Shown: in pieces, positions 28,645 through 37,503 of the stretch | How positions within the stretch are numbered: the stretch's first letter is position 1 | Layout: each line of letters opens with the position of its first letter | NCBI GenBank assembly: GCA_018826905.1 | Contig: JAHJYC010000004.1 | Location: 207,988-271,987, forward strand | Direction: 5' to 3' | Length of the DNA stretch: 64,000 nt | Source: Patescibacteria group bacterium | Lineage (GTDB): Bacteria; Patescibacteriota; Minisyncoccia; Phycocordibacterales; Phycocordibacteraceae | Program-made: the position numbers and the translations under genes | Notes under the pieces: generated by a model | What the model was told of the DNA's origin: nothing | Database searches by the model: none | Seen by the model: the letters and a program-made list of their open reading frames with translations, nothing else

Positions 28645-30622
28645 GTACCTTCTTCTGGCCCTATTTCTGGTTCTTGCACTCGCAAGTCCACAAAGCGTCC
28701 GCGCTGACGAGACAGCTTCGACTACGCCCGAAGTCCTTGCAACAACGACCCCTATCGTTGAGCTGCCCGAACCCGTAACTGAGCCAGTAATTGCTACTAC
28801 GACTGGTGTGGTAGCAACATCTACAGAATTCGTAACAGCCAGTACGACCGATGCAGTAGCAATATCGACTGAGCCTACCCCGACCGCACTGCCTTCAGTA
28901 GATATCGCGCTCACGGTCGCAACCGGGGAGCACATTCTCTTTGCGGATTCTATTACCGTAACCGCCTGCGCGCCCCGTCCTGATATGGAGCCTGCTGTCA
29001 GCGGATACTGTGCACTTGAGCAATCTGGCGCTCCTATGGCGTGGACATGGTATGGAAACGACGCTTTTGTCGATTCAATTAGTGGAGTCGGGAACGACTA
29101 TGAGGGCAATGCATACTGGAATTGGTTCTCGGATCTCTCTTATGGCATGACCTCTCTCAATGCACATACACTACATGCAGGCGAGTCCCTAATCGTCAGC
29201 ATCGGGCGCTTTCCTCTACGCCTCCAGACCACCTCCGATTCAGAACAGGCAGGGAACGAGATCATTATTACGGTAGAGCAGTTTAGTTTTGACAGTACCT
29301 ACAGTCCTATATGGGAGCCTGCAGCAAGCAGTACGATAGTCATACATGACACTCTCTACGAAACTACAGGAGACGGTACGTTGTCTTATAATCTTCCTGC
29401 CTCAGACTCAATAGAAATCCACGCGCGCAAGGAAGGCTACCTTGATGCAACTCCCCTGACCGTACGTATCACTGAGGCACCAGAATCCGACACAGGCAGC
29501 AGCTCAAATCCTGGCCCGGTCCCAAAGCCAGCCGATGCTGTTGCTGCTGCAGCGAGCTTCCTTCTTGAGTACCAACATGCAGATGGGTCGTTTGGAACTT
29601 CCCTTTTGTCTGACTGGGCTGCACTCGCATTCAAGAGTGCGAACATGTCTACTAGAACATTGAAAGAATATCTTGAAGGCGGACCAGGCTCTCTCAAAAC
29701 AGCTACTGACTTCGAGCGACGAGCCATGGCACTCTCCGCACTCAGAATCAATCCCGTTCAGAAAGTCAGCGAAGTTCTGAATCGGTTTGATGGCACACAG
29801 ATCGGAGATCCGTCTCTTTGGAATGACGACATCTTCGGACTTATTGCGCTTCGGGCTGGCGGATACGATGAGTCTGACATAGTGATTAGAAGTGTTGCCG
29901 CATCGCTTATCGCCGTCCAGAAAAGCGACGGTTCGTGGGGAGGCGTCGATCTTACTGCTGCCTCTATACAAGCACTTGTGCCTATCTCTTCGCTTCCTAG
30001 CGCCGAGTCTGCACTTGCAAAAGCACGAGAATATCTCGTATCCCGCCAGCAACCGGATGGGTGTTTCGGGAATAGCTTCGCGACAAGCTGGAGCATCATG
30101 GCAATTGAAGCAATTGGGGAGTCTCCAAATACATGGACCATGACTGGTGGCGCGACACCGCTATCCTGTCTCCGTGCGCTTCAGTCTCCTGACGGAGGAT
30201 TTGAGGCAGGAGCGAGCGAAGACACAAGGATTTGGGCGACTGCTTACGCCCTACCAGCACTTACAGGCAAGACGTGGGATTCCTTGCTTATTCGTTATCC
30301 AAAGGCGCAGAGTATAGACACGCCTCCCATTAATAATTCACATGCAACATCGACCGATGAGGTGCTGCCGCCAGAAGACACGACACTTCCTATAGCCGTC
30401 CCCACACCAATCGAACTGCCCATAATTTCCGAAATCGTTTCAGAACCTTTTATCGCAAAAATAGAGGAGGCTTCACCAATACTCACAAACCGCAGACTTG
30501 CTGCATCTGCAGGATCTGCCTTGGCAGATACCGGACTTCCTGCTGAACAGCGTTCCAACGACTCGGGTCTATGGGTATCGATTATGCGTTTCTTAATGTC
30601 GTTGTTTGGGTTCCTCTTTTAA
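28637..30622 (+). CDS. Large surface protein: signal peptide, a DUF4430-like region, prenyltransferase-type alpha/alpha-toroid repeats, and a C-terminal hydrophobic anchor
   Basis: Repeated Q..DGSFG / SDGSWGG / QPDGCFG / SPDGGFE motifs of the prenyltransferase/terpene-cyclase repeat fold; overlaps the previous gene by 8 nt. Confidence 0.55.
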   Translation: MNKYLLLALFLVLALASPQSVRADETASTTPEVLATTTPIVELPEPVTEPVIATTTGVVATSTEFVTASTTDAVAISTEPTPTALPSVDIALTVATGEHILFADSITVTACAPRPDMEPAVSGYCALEQSGAPMAWTWYGNDAFVDSISGVGNDYEGNAYWNWFSDLSYGMTSLNAHTLHAGESLIVSIGRFPLRLQTTSDSEQAGNEIIITVEQFSFDSTYSPIWEPAASSTIVIHDTLYETTGDGTLSYNLPASDSIEIHARKEGYLDATPLTVRITEAPESDTGSSSNPGPVPKPADAVAAAASFLLEYQHADGSFGTSLLSDWAALAFKSANMSTRTLKEYLEGGPGSLKTATDFERRAMALSALRINPVQKVSEVLNRFDGTQIGDPSLWNDDIFGLIALRAGGYDESDIVIRSVAASLIAVQKSDGSWGGVDLTAASIQALVPISSLPSAESALAKAREYLVSRQQPDGCFGNSFATSWSIMAIEAIGESPNTWTMTGGATPLSCLRALQSPDGGFEAGASEDTRIWATAYALPALTGKTWDSLLIRYPKAQSIDTPPINNSHATSTDEVLPPEDTTLPIAVPTPIELPIISEIVSEPFIAKIEEASPILTNRRLAASAGSALADTGLPAEQRSNDSGLWVSIMRFLMSLFGFLF

Positions 30623-30664
30623 GAGATCTTCGTTAAGGCTTCCAGTGGTCTGAGAGGCTCACAT

Positions 30665-30690
30665 AAAAGACGCTCTTTTGAGCGTCTTTT
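30665..30690. terminator. Bidirectional intrinsic terminator
   Basis: AAAAGACGCTC-tttt-GAGCGTCTTTT. Confidence 0.6.
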
Positions 30691-30823
30691 ACTGGCCTTG
30701 GACCTATCGGTTGCGATACTTCCCTTCGGCACTTTTGATGTCTGGCAGTCTGGAGAACAGACTGTCCAAACGCGTCTCCGTCATTCTAGAGCCGTGGTAT
30801 GAAATACAAATCCAACAAAACTT

Positions 30824-31222
30824 TTAACTAAATTTAACAATGAAATTGTACATACCCATGCTGCACGTACCCTGTAGGGATGTTCCCGTTTGAGATGTAC
30901 CGATATCTATTATCTCCTCTCCCGTTTGAGGAAGAGCCTTCTGGTATCCAATGGAGCGTATTACTAGAGCAGTAGAACAATCATAGGTGCCACTCGTTTT
31001 GACGATGAGTTTTGTTGGAATATCAGCCTGTGCGGACGAAACCTTGGGGAAATAACCGCCCTTCGCGTCGATAGTTATGTACTGAATACCATCCCTTATT
31101 TCAATATTCTGCCCGGACTGCGAAGACACAGTTTTGGCACTGTTATTTGAATCGCCTAGGAAAATGATGCCAATTCCTATGACCAGTCCAAGCGTGACGA
31201 TTGACAGAGCGGTTTTATTCAT
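30824..31222 (-). CDS. Small secreted protein, last gene of the cop operon (possibly a cupredoxin-like metal-binding protein)
   Basis: Signal/anchor helix; C-terminal TCSMGMYNFIVK loosely resembles the Cupredoxin_1 ligand loop; context is csoR-copA-HMA. Confidence 0.35.
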   Translation of the reverse strand: MNKTALSIVTLGLVIGIGIIFLGDSNNSAKTVSSQSGQNIEIRDGIQYITIDAKGGYFPKVSSAQADIPTKLIVKTSGTYDCSTALVIRSIGYQKALPQTGEEIIDIGTSQTGTSLQGTCSMGMYNFIVKFS

Positions 31223-31231
31223 AAAGCGTAA

Positions 31232-32239
31232 TTATATATTAAATAACGGACTGATGATGCCAAGGCCGGCAAGGCCCGCGAGAAGCGCAAATAGTCCAAG
31301 ACCTATCACCACCACTCCTGCCGACTTAAAGAACAGTGGTGCATATTTCGAGTGAGCAAATGATGCAGAGCCAAAAGAGAGCAACAAGAGCATCGGAAGT
31401 GTTCCAAGAGCAAACGCAAACATGATAAGCATTCCTGACACAAAGGATCCACTACTCAGAGCAGATACCTGCATTGACTGCGTAAAACCACAAGGCAAGA
31501 AAAACGTCGCAAAACCTAGAATGAGCGGAGTAAGGGTTTTGTGTTCGATCCTTCTAAAGAAATTGAATAAGTTTGAAGGTAAGGAAACTTTATTCTTTGC
31601 AAATACTCCAACCAGATTCAGACCAAGCAACAACATTACAACGGAAGCCAGAATGCCCAGTAGTGCGGTAAGCGTGAAATTTATACCAATTGCCCCACCA
31701 ATCGCACCAAGGACACCACCTAATATAGCAAAGCTCACTATTCTTCCAGTGTGAAAGAGAGTAAAAGTTTTTGTATCGCTCACATTATCCTGCGATATCT
31801 TTGCGGAAAGCGACAACACCAATCCTCCCACGATTGCAAGGCAACTCGAGACCGATGCAATAAGGCCTATGATGAAGCTTGTGATAGGGGTTGTCTGTCC
31901 GCCAAGACCGAGATTGAGGACTCCGGACTTCTGCAATAGAAAGAACAGCACAAGGAGACCAAGTCCGATCGGAAGCGCCTTCCAGATAACATCACTTTCA
32001 TGCTTTACCTTTGCTGATTTCTCTGCAGACAAAGTGTAGCCATTCGACTGAATCTTACTTGTCAGAACTCTTGCAAGCTCTTCCGGATTCTCTTCATTAT
32101 AGGTCTCGACTTCTACCATTTCCCTTTTTAGATCGGCGCGTGCGCTCCGTACTATGTCCTGTTCGTCTAAAATGTCCTCGATAAGGATTTTACAGGACGT
32201 GCAGTGGGTACCAGAAACATGGAATGTGTACGTATTCAT
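31232..32239 (-). CDS. Heavy-metal-associated (HMA) domain fused to a DsbD_2/TauE-like transmembrane domain
   Basis: N-terminal HMA motif (GTHCTSC); membrane domain with conserved Cys (SSCLAIVGG, FLPCGFT). Confidence 0.65.
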   Translation of the reverse strand: MNTYTFHVSGTHCTSCKILIEDILDEQDIVRSARADLKREMVEVETYNEENPEELARVLTSKIQSNGYTLSAEKSAKVKHESDVIWKALPIGLGLLVLFFLLQKSGVLNLGLGGQTTPITSFIIGLIASVSSCLAIVGGLVLSLSAKISQDNVSDTKTFTLFHTGRIVSFAILGGVLGAIGGAIGINFTLTALLGILASVVMLLLGLNLVGVFAKNKVSLPSNLFNFFRRIEHKTLTPLILGFATFFLPCGFTQSMQVSALSSGSFVSGMLIMFAFALGTLPMLLLLSFGSASFAHSKYAPLFFKSAGVVVIGLGLFALLAGLAGLGIISPLFNI

Positions 32240-32241
32240 AT

Positions 32242-34536
32242 TTACAATTTCTTAGCTTTAATGCGGAGCGAGTTAGATACCACAGAGACCGACGACATCG
32301 CCATAGCAAAGCCCGCAAAGACAGGATTTAAGAGCCAGCCAAAGATTGGATAGAAGACACCTGCCGCAAGTGGAATACCGACAATATTGTAGATGAATGC
32401 CCAGAAAAGATTTTGCTTGATTCCTCGCATGGTGATTTTTGAAAGCTTGATGGCCTTCACGAGCTTTGAAATATCGCCACCGAGCAATGTGATGCCTGCT
32501 GATTCGATAGCCACATCCGTACCTGTTCCCATGGCAATACCCACATCGGCTTGGGCAAGTGCGGGAGCGTCATTCACCCCATCACCCGCCATAGCAACAA
32601 TGCGACCTTGTGATTGAAGCTCTTTTATTTTTTCAAGCTTATCCTGCGGCAACACGTGGGCAATCACATCATCGATACCGACGAGAGAAGCCATATATTT
32701 TGCAGCCTTCTCATCGTCACCAGTAAGCATCACGACTTTGATACCAAGTTTGTGAAGATCGGCAACGGCCTGTTTTGATTCTTCTTTTATTTCGTCAGCC
32801 ACCATAACAAAGCCGAGTACACTGTCTTTTGTTGTGAGAATAACTGGGGTTTTTCCCTGAGAGGTAAATTCGTTTAACTTGGTCACATCAAACGGAATTT
32901 CAAGATCGCTGACAAGTTTTGCGTTACCGACAAAATATTCAGTGCCCTTAACCGTTCCCTTGAGACCCTTGCCCTGTATTCCCTCAAAGCCAGAAACATC
33001 AGATGGGGAGATATTTTTCTCTTGTGCATAGCTTACTATTGCGTGTGCAATTGGGTGTTCAGACTTCTTTTCAAGCGATGCAAGTATCGAGACGAGCTCC
33101 TCATCAGAGAGTGTTGAAAGATTTTGTATATCAACAAGAGTTGGCTTTCCTTTGGTAATCGTTCCCGTCTTATCAACCACAACCGTGTTTACCTTATGTA
33201 GCTTTTCGAGAGTAGCCGCATCTTTGATGAGAATTCCTTCCTTAGCACCCTTCCCGACACCCACGATGATTGCAGTCGGTGTCGCAAGCCCAAGGGCACA
33301 AGGACAAGCTATTACAAGAATTCCCACAAATGAGACAAGGCCAAAAGATAGTGCCTGAGAGAATCCTAGGTACTGCGACCCGACGATAAGCCATGTTCCC
33401 AGTGTAAGGAAAGCAATTACAAGCACGATTGGTACAAAGACTGCTGATATCTTGTCTGCCAATGCCTGTATCGGGGCCTTGCTTCCTTGTGCCTCCTCCA
33501 CCATTTTTATGATCTGAGCCAAGAGTGTTTCCGACCCGACCTTCGTCGCCTTAAATGTGAATGAGCCGCTAGTATTTATGGTGCCAGATACAACAGCATC
33601 TCCTTCTTTTTTCTGTGCTGGCATCGGTTCTCCTGTAACCATTGACTCGTCAATGAACGATTCCCCTTCAGTGATAACGCCATCTACAGGAATCTTTGCA
33701 CCTGGTTTTACAATAATAGAGTCGCCATACTTAACATCGTTTACGGAAATCTCAACTTCTTTACCATCTCTAACAACGAGAGCTGTTTTTGCTTGAAGGT
33801 TGAGAAGCTTCTCAATGGCATCACCAGTCTTAATCTTTGATTTTGCCTCAAGATACTTGCCAAGAGCGATAAAAGTAATGACAACAATCGTCACATCGTA
33901 GTACTGGTAGTCGACGTTTATGAATGGACGCAGAACATCCTCAAAGGCACTGACAGCAAAACTGTACAGAAAAGCAGCAACTGTACCGATACCGATAAGC
34001 GTATCCATGTTTGCCTTGCCGTATCTAAGAAACCTATAAAAGCCGAGTAGGTACGGCTTACCAACTACGAAAAGGATATATGTTGCAAATATCGGAAGAA
34101 GATGATGAAAGAACTCCTTGAGCGTATAACTCATTGCAGAGACAACTCCATACTCGGAGAGAATGTCCCAGCCCATAACGAAAGCAGCAAATAGTGCGAG
34201 CGGAATAGCCGAAAGTACCTTCATTCGCATATCGGCAACTTCTACAAGCTTCTCTTTTTTGGACTGATTCAATCCAAGATGAGCCTCGTGTTCGCCGGCA
34301 GACATACCCATTTCTTCAGCAGAAGGAGAGACTTCCAGAGTGTACCCGAGTGGCTCAATGTGTCTAGAAAGATCGTGCGGATTCGTCTTTGAAGGATCAA
34401 AAGAAACCTTCGCTTTTTCTGTTCCGTAGTTCACTTCGGCAGCATGTACACCCTCAACTTTCTTAAAAGTCTTTTCGATAACCGACGAACATGACGCACA
34501 GTGCATTCCTTTTACTTTATAAGTTTGTGTATGCAT
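32242..34536 (-). CDS. copA: Copper-translocating P1B-type ATPase
   Basis: N-terminal HMA (GMHCASC); CPC transmembrane motif (ACPCALGLATP); DKTGTIT phosphorylation site; GDGVNDAPAL hinge. Confidence 0.95.
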   Translation of the reverse strand: MHTQTYKVKGMHCASCSSVIEKTFKKVEGVHAAEVNYGTEKAKVSFDPSKTNPHDLSRHIEPLGYTLEVSPSAEEMGMSAGEHEAHLGLNQSKKEKLVEVADMRMKVLSAIPLALFAAFVMGWDILSEYGVVSAMSYTLKEFFHHLLPIFATYILFVVGKPYLLGFYRFLRYGKANMDTLIGIGTVAAFLYSFAVSAFEDVLRPFINVDYQYYDVTIVVITFIALGKYLEAKSKIKTGDAIEKLLNLQAKTALVVRDGKEVEISVNDVKYGDSIIVKPGAKIPVDGVITEGESFIDESMVTGEPMPAQKKEGDAVVSGTINTSGSFTFKATKVGSETLLAQIIKMVEEAQGSKAPIQALADKISAVFVPIVLVIAFLTLGTWLIVGSQYLGFSQALSFGLVSFVGILVIACPCALGLATPTAIIVGVGKGAKEGILIKDAATLEKLHKVNTVVVDKTGTITKGKPTLVDIQNLSTLSDEELVSILASLEKKSEHPIAHAIVSYAQEKNISPSDVSGFEGIQGKGLKGTVKGTEYFVGNAKLVSDLEIPFDVTKLNEFTSQGKTPVILTTKDSVLGFVMVADEIKEESKQAVADLHKLGIKVVMLTGDDEKAAKYMASLVGIDDVIAHVLPQDKLEKIKELQSQGRIVAMAGDGVNDAPALAQADVGIAMGTGTDVAIESAGITLLGGDISKLVKAIKLSKITMRGIKQNLFWAFIYNIVGIPLAAGVFYPIFGWLLNPVFAGFAMAMSSVSVVSNSLRIKAKKL

Positions 34537-34537
34537 A

Positions 34538-34813
34538 TTATTTCCTCTTTAGCTTATAAACTTTCAAAATCTCTTCCTTGGCTTTTTCGGTCTGTCCAGA
34601 CTTTACCTGGTTCATGATGCATCCCCCAAGGTGGTTCTCAAGTAATAAATCTTCAACATTGGAAAGCCCCTGCTTAACTGCAGATGTTTGAGTAATTACG
34701 TCTATGCAGTACGTATTGTTCTCGATCATCTTTTGTAAGCCACGAACCTGACCCTCGATGAGCTTAAGTCGACGGATGATCTTAGACTTGTTTTTGTCTT
34801 CTAAATATTTCAT
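34538..34813 (-). CDS. csoR: CsoR/RcnR-family copper-sensing repressor
   Basis: DUF156 fold with the C-H-C ligand pattern (YCIDV...HLGGC). The ATG at 34813 is chosen because the upstream extension would read through the operator palindrome. Confidence 0.8.
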   Translation of the reverse strand: MKYLEDKNKSKIIRRLKLIEGQVRGLQKMIENNTYCIDVITQTSAVKQGLSNVEDLLLENHLGGCIMNQVKSGQTEKAKEEILKVYKLKRK

Positions 34814-34825
34814 GTGTAATAGTAT

Positions 34826-34843
34826 ATACCCCCCAGGGGGTAT
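34826..34843. promoter_or_regulatory. CsoR-type operator: perfect GC-tract palindrome ATACCCCC-CA-GGGGGTAT, 13 nt upstream of csoR
   Basis: Seen directly; it matches the known architecture of CsoR operators (a pseudo-palindrome with C/G tracts, for example the B. subtilis copZA operator). Confidence 0.55.
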
Positions 34844-34987
34844 CAAGCAAGTCAAACAAAACTACCAGTGGAAATGGTTTTGTTCTGGACACTACTCTGA
34901 ACAATTATGCCTCTTTAGGATAGGCCTCTCGACGCACGGAAACCTAGCATAAGTTAACTACCCGAGACTGAGATTGGAACTGTATAC

Positions 34988-35018
34988 ACAAAAGGCGCGA
35001 GAAATCGCGCCTTTTGTG
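34988..35018 (-). terminator. Intrinsic terminator downstream of tRNA-fMet
   Basis: Minus-strand hairpin GGCGCGA-tttc-TCGCGCC followed by TTTTGTGT. Confidence 0.55.
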
Positions 35019-35052
35019 CTTGTCGGTCTGCTTTGCAGGCCGTACTGCTTTG

Positions 35053-35123
35053 TTGCGGGGGCCGGAATCGAACCGGCGTCTGGAGGTTATGAGCCTCCCG
35101 AGGTACCTCTCCTCTACCCCGCT
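35053..35123 (-). tRNA. Initiator tRNA-fMet (anticodon CAU)
   Basis: A1-A72 mismatch at the top of the acceptor stem, A11:U24 pair, anticodon loop CUCAUAA, and a 3' end CCGGCCCCCGCAACA that is near-identical to E. coli tRNA-fMet. Confidence 0.8.
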
Positions 35124-35162
35124 ATGGGCTATATAATACGCTATTCTTTGATTTAGGCAAGC

Positions 35163-35753
35163 CTAAATCTCTCCAAATTCCCTCATAACTGCCTCAAAAT
35201 GAGCAATGGTGCGGTGTGCGTGGCGCTCAGTTAGTTGATACGCATATCCCTGGTGCGCTATCTCGTTGCGTACTTTATGTCCCTCCCATGCATCCTGCAG
35301 GGTATTCATACGCTTCGGATCAACAGCTTTTAGCTTCTCTCCCACGGTTTCTCCAGGATACCCAAGCTGGGACAAAAGATCGTCCAGCATGATGTCTGCT
35401 TCAATAATGGCCTGCCTCCAATCATTCTCATGAGGACTCTCAATAAGCTCCCTGATATGATCCCATCGGCTATGATCTCGCTCAGTCTCTGCGTGTGCCG
35501 CATCAAGTGTGGTGAACTTATGTGCTTGCCCACGCAATACTTGATAATACCGAAGACTTGAATGAATAAAGACAGCAAGAATACCAATCGTAACGAGTGT
35601 TGAAATAATAGTAACGAGAATCCAAATCTGAGAGGCAAGAGAAAGAAAATCTATTTGAACTCCCCCAACACGAGCTCCAGTAACAAGATCATAGAGCAAA
35701 CGGAAGAAGTACTCTACGTTTAAAAAATGTATCGGTCCTGGTGAGCTCTCCAT
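35163..35753 (-). CDS. Membrane-anchored hypothetical protein with a C-terminal helical domain carrying an R-x4-H (HEPN-like) motif
   Basis: One transmembrane helix, then ...EGHKVRNEIAHQGYAYQLTERHAHRTIAHFEAV. No confident family assignment. Confidence 0.35.
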   Translation of the reverse strand: MESSPGPIHFLNVEYFFRLLYDLVTGARVGGVQIDFLSLASQIWILVTIISTLVTIGILAVFIHSSLRYYQVLRGQAHKFTTLDAAHAETERDHSRWDHIRELIESPHENDWRQAIIEADIMLDDLLSQLGYPGETVGEKLKAVDPKRMNTLQDAWEGHKVRNEIAHQGYAYQLTERHAHRTIAHFEAVMREFGEI

Positions 35754-35761
35754 CCCTCTGA

Positions 35762-37201
35762 TTATAGCGTTTCTTTGGTCACGAGTGCGCCAATTTTAAA
35801 CAATAGCTGATCAGCACCGTGAGGAGCGGTGAAATGCATGCCAGTCGGAAGTAAGACACCCTCTCTCTCAACAGTTCCCATAGGAACAGAGATAGCTGGC
35901 ATACCTGTAAGATTCGCAGTTACCGTAAAGATATCTTCCAAATACATAGACACGGGGTCTGATTTTTCTCCAAACTTAAAAGCTGGAGATGGTGTTGTTG
36001 GGAATGCAATAACATCTACCTCCTTGAAAGCAGTGTTGTATTCGTCTCTAAGAACATCTCGTACTGCATCAGCCTTTCTGTAGTACGCATCAATATATCC
36101 AGAAGAGAGAACAAACGTCCCAAGCAAGATACGTCGCACCGTCTCAGGACCAAACCCTTCTGTTTTGCTTAAAACATAGTCTGAGAGAAGTGTCTCTCCT
36201 CTCGCCGCATGTCCGTAGCGAATACCATCAAAACGAGCAAGGTTTGCAGATGCCTCAGCAGGCATAATGACGTAGTACACAGGAAGTGCGTACTCGCTGG
36301 TAGGTAATGAAACATCAACCAGGGTGTGGCCCTCAGCTTCCAGACGACTAAGTGTCTCATTAAAATGAGCGAGTACGTCCGCATCCATTCCCTTGGAGAG
36401 CAGGTCTCTGGGCACACCGATACGAAATACGGAAGGCACCTCCTTTGTGTTTCGCATAGAGTCCGGAAGTGTTGTTGCGTCCAACTCATCCTTTCCTTCT
36501 AGTGTGTCAAAAAGAATCTTGGCGTCAGCAACAGTCTTTGCGAGTGGACCCGCCTGATCTAGCGAAGAGCCGAGCGCGATAAGTCCACTCCTTGAAACAG
36601 CTCCATAGGTTGGTTTCATTCCAACAAGCCCTGTATGTGCTGCCGGCTGCCGTATAGACCCGCCCGTATCAGTTCCAAGTCCCGCTAGCCCTATATGAGC
36701 CGCTACCGCTGATGCAGACCCCCCAGAAGATCCTCCTGCAGTGCGCGACACATCAAGTGGATTCTTTGCAACACCATACGCAGAATGCTCGGTTGAAGAC
36801 CCCATGGCAAACTCATCCATGTTTGTACGCCCAATAAACAACGCACCGGCTTCTTTAAGCTTTTTAGTAATTGTTGCGTCTCGTACTGCCACATGATTCT
36901 CAAGCATGCGAGATGCTGCACTCGCCACCTTCCCCTCAATAAGGATATTGTCTTTCATGGCAAGCGGAATACCGCACAAAAGAGGAGCAGCATCCTTCTC
37001 TGTATCAATACGCTTCTGTGCTACAGCCATAGCCTCTTCATCTGCTTCAAAGATTTCCAAATACGCATTTAGTTCTGTATTTCTTTCCTTTGCTACAGAC
37101 ACGCACGCATCCCACAACTCCCGTACAGAGAATTCCCCTGCACGAAGACCACGTGCTGCTTCTGTTATTGAAAGTTCGTTCAGTGCTTTAGTCATGCGCA
37201 A
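35762..37201 (-). CDS. gatA: Glu-tRNA(Gln)/Asp-tRNA(Asn) amidotransferase subunit A
   Basis: Amidase signature (GGSSGGSASAVAA...GTDTGGSIRQPAA). Confidence 0.9.
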   Translation of the reverse strand: MRMTKALNELSITEAARGLRAGEFSVRELWDACVSVAKERNTELNAYLEIFEADEEAMAVAQKRIDTEKDAAPLLCGIPLAMKDNILIEGKVASAASRMLENHVAVRDATITKKLKEAGALFIGRTNMDEFAMGSSTEHSAYGVAKNPLDVSRTAGGSSGGSASAVAAHIGLAGLGTDTGGSIRQPAAHTGLVGMKPTYGAVSRSGLIALGSSLDQAGPLAKTVADAKILFDTLEGKDELDATTLPDSMRNTKEVPSVFRIGVPRDLLSKGMDADVLAHFNETLSRLEAEGHTLVDVSLPTSEYALPVYYVIMPAEASANLARFDGIRYGHAARGETLLSDYVLSKTEGFGPETVRRILLGTFVLSSGYIDAYYRKADAVRDVLRDEYNTAFKEVDVIAFPTTPSPAFKFGEKSDPVSMYLEDIFTVTANLTGMPAISVPMGTVEREGVLLPTGMHFTAPHGADQLLFKIGALVTKETL

Positions 37202-37490
37202 TAATCTGCTTTACAGACAATGAATCACCCTCTTTCTCAGGGAACTGCCCAACAATTTTCTCTGTCCATGTCCCAGGCACGAACGGTTCTCCGTCCTCTC
37301 TAAAGACGTTGCGGAGCTCAGGAACTCGTTTCTCTGTATCAGGGAGCGAGAGCTCATCCAGCTTTCCCACATAGGCTAAAATACTCTCAAACTCAGTAGC
37401 GAAGCCCTCTAAGTCCGATTCGTTAACCTGTATACGTGCGAGCGCCGCAAGGCGCTGTACATCTTCTGCTGAAGTACGAGATTCACTCAT
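37188..37490 (-). CDS. gatC: Glu-tRNA(Gln)/Asp-tRNA(Asn) amidotransferase subunit C
   Basis: About 100 aa with a GatC-like pattern (VQRLAALARIQVNESDLEGF...), overlapping the gatA start. The internal ATG is chosen. Confidence 0.75.
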   Translation of the reverse strand: MSESRTSAEDVQRLAALARIQVNESDLEGFATEFESILAYVGKLDELSLPDTEKRVPELRNVFREDGEPFVPGTWTEKIVGQFPEKEGDSLSVKQIIAHD

Positions 37491-37503
37491 TACTGCCAAT
37501 CTA

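Noticed and set aside
34814-34855. ORF-track N-terminal extension of csoR (MTCLIPPGGYILLH)
   Set aside because: It translates the operator palindrome; the conserved protein begins at the internal Met.
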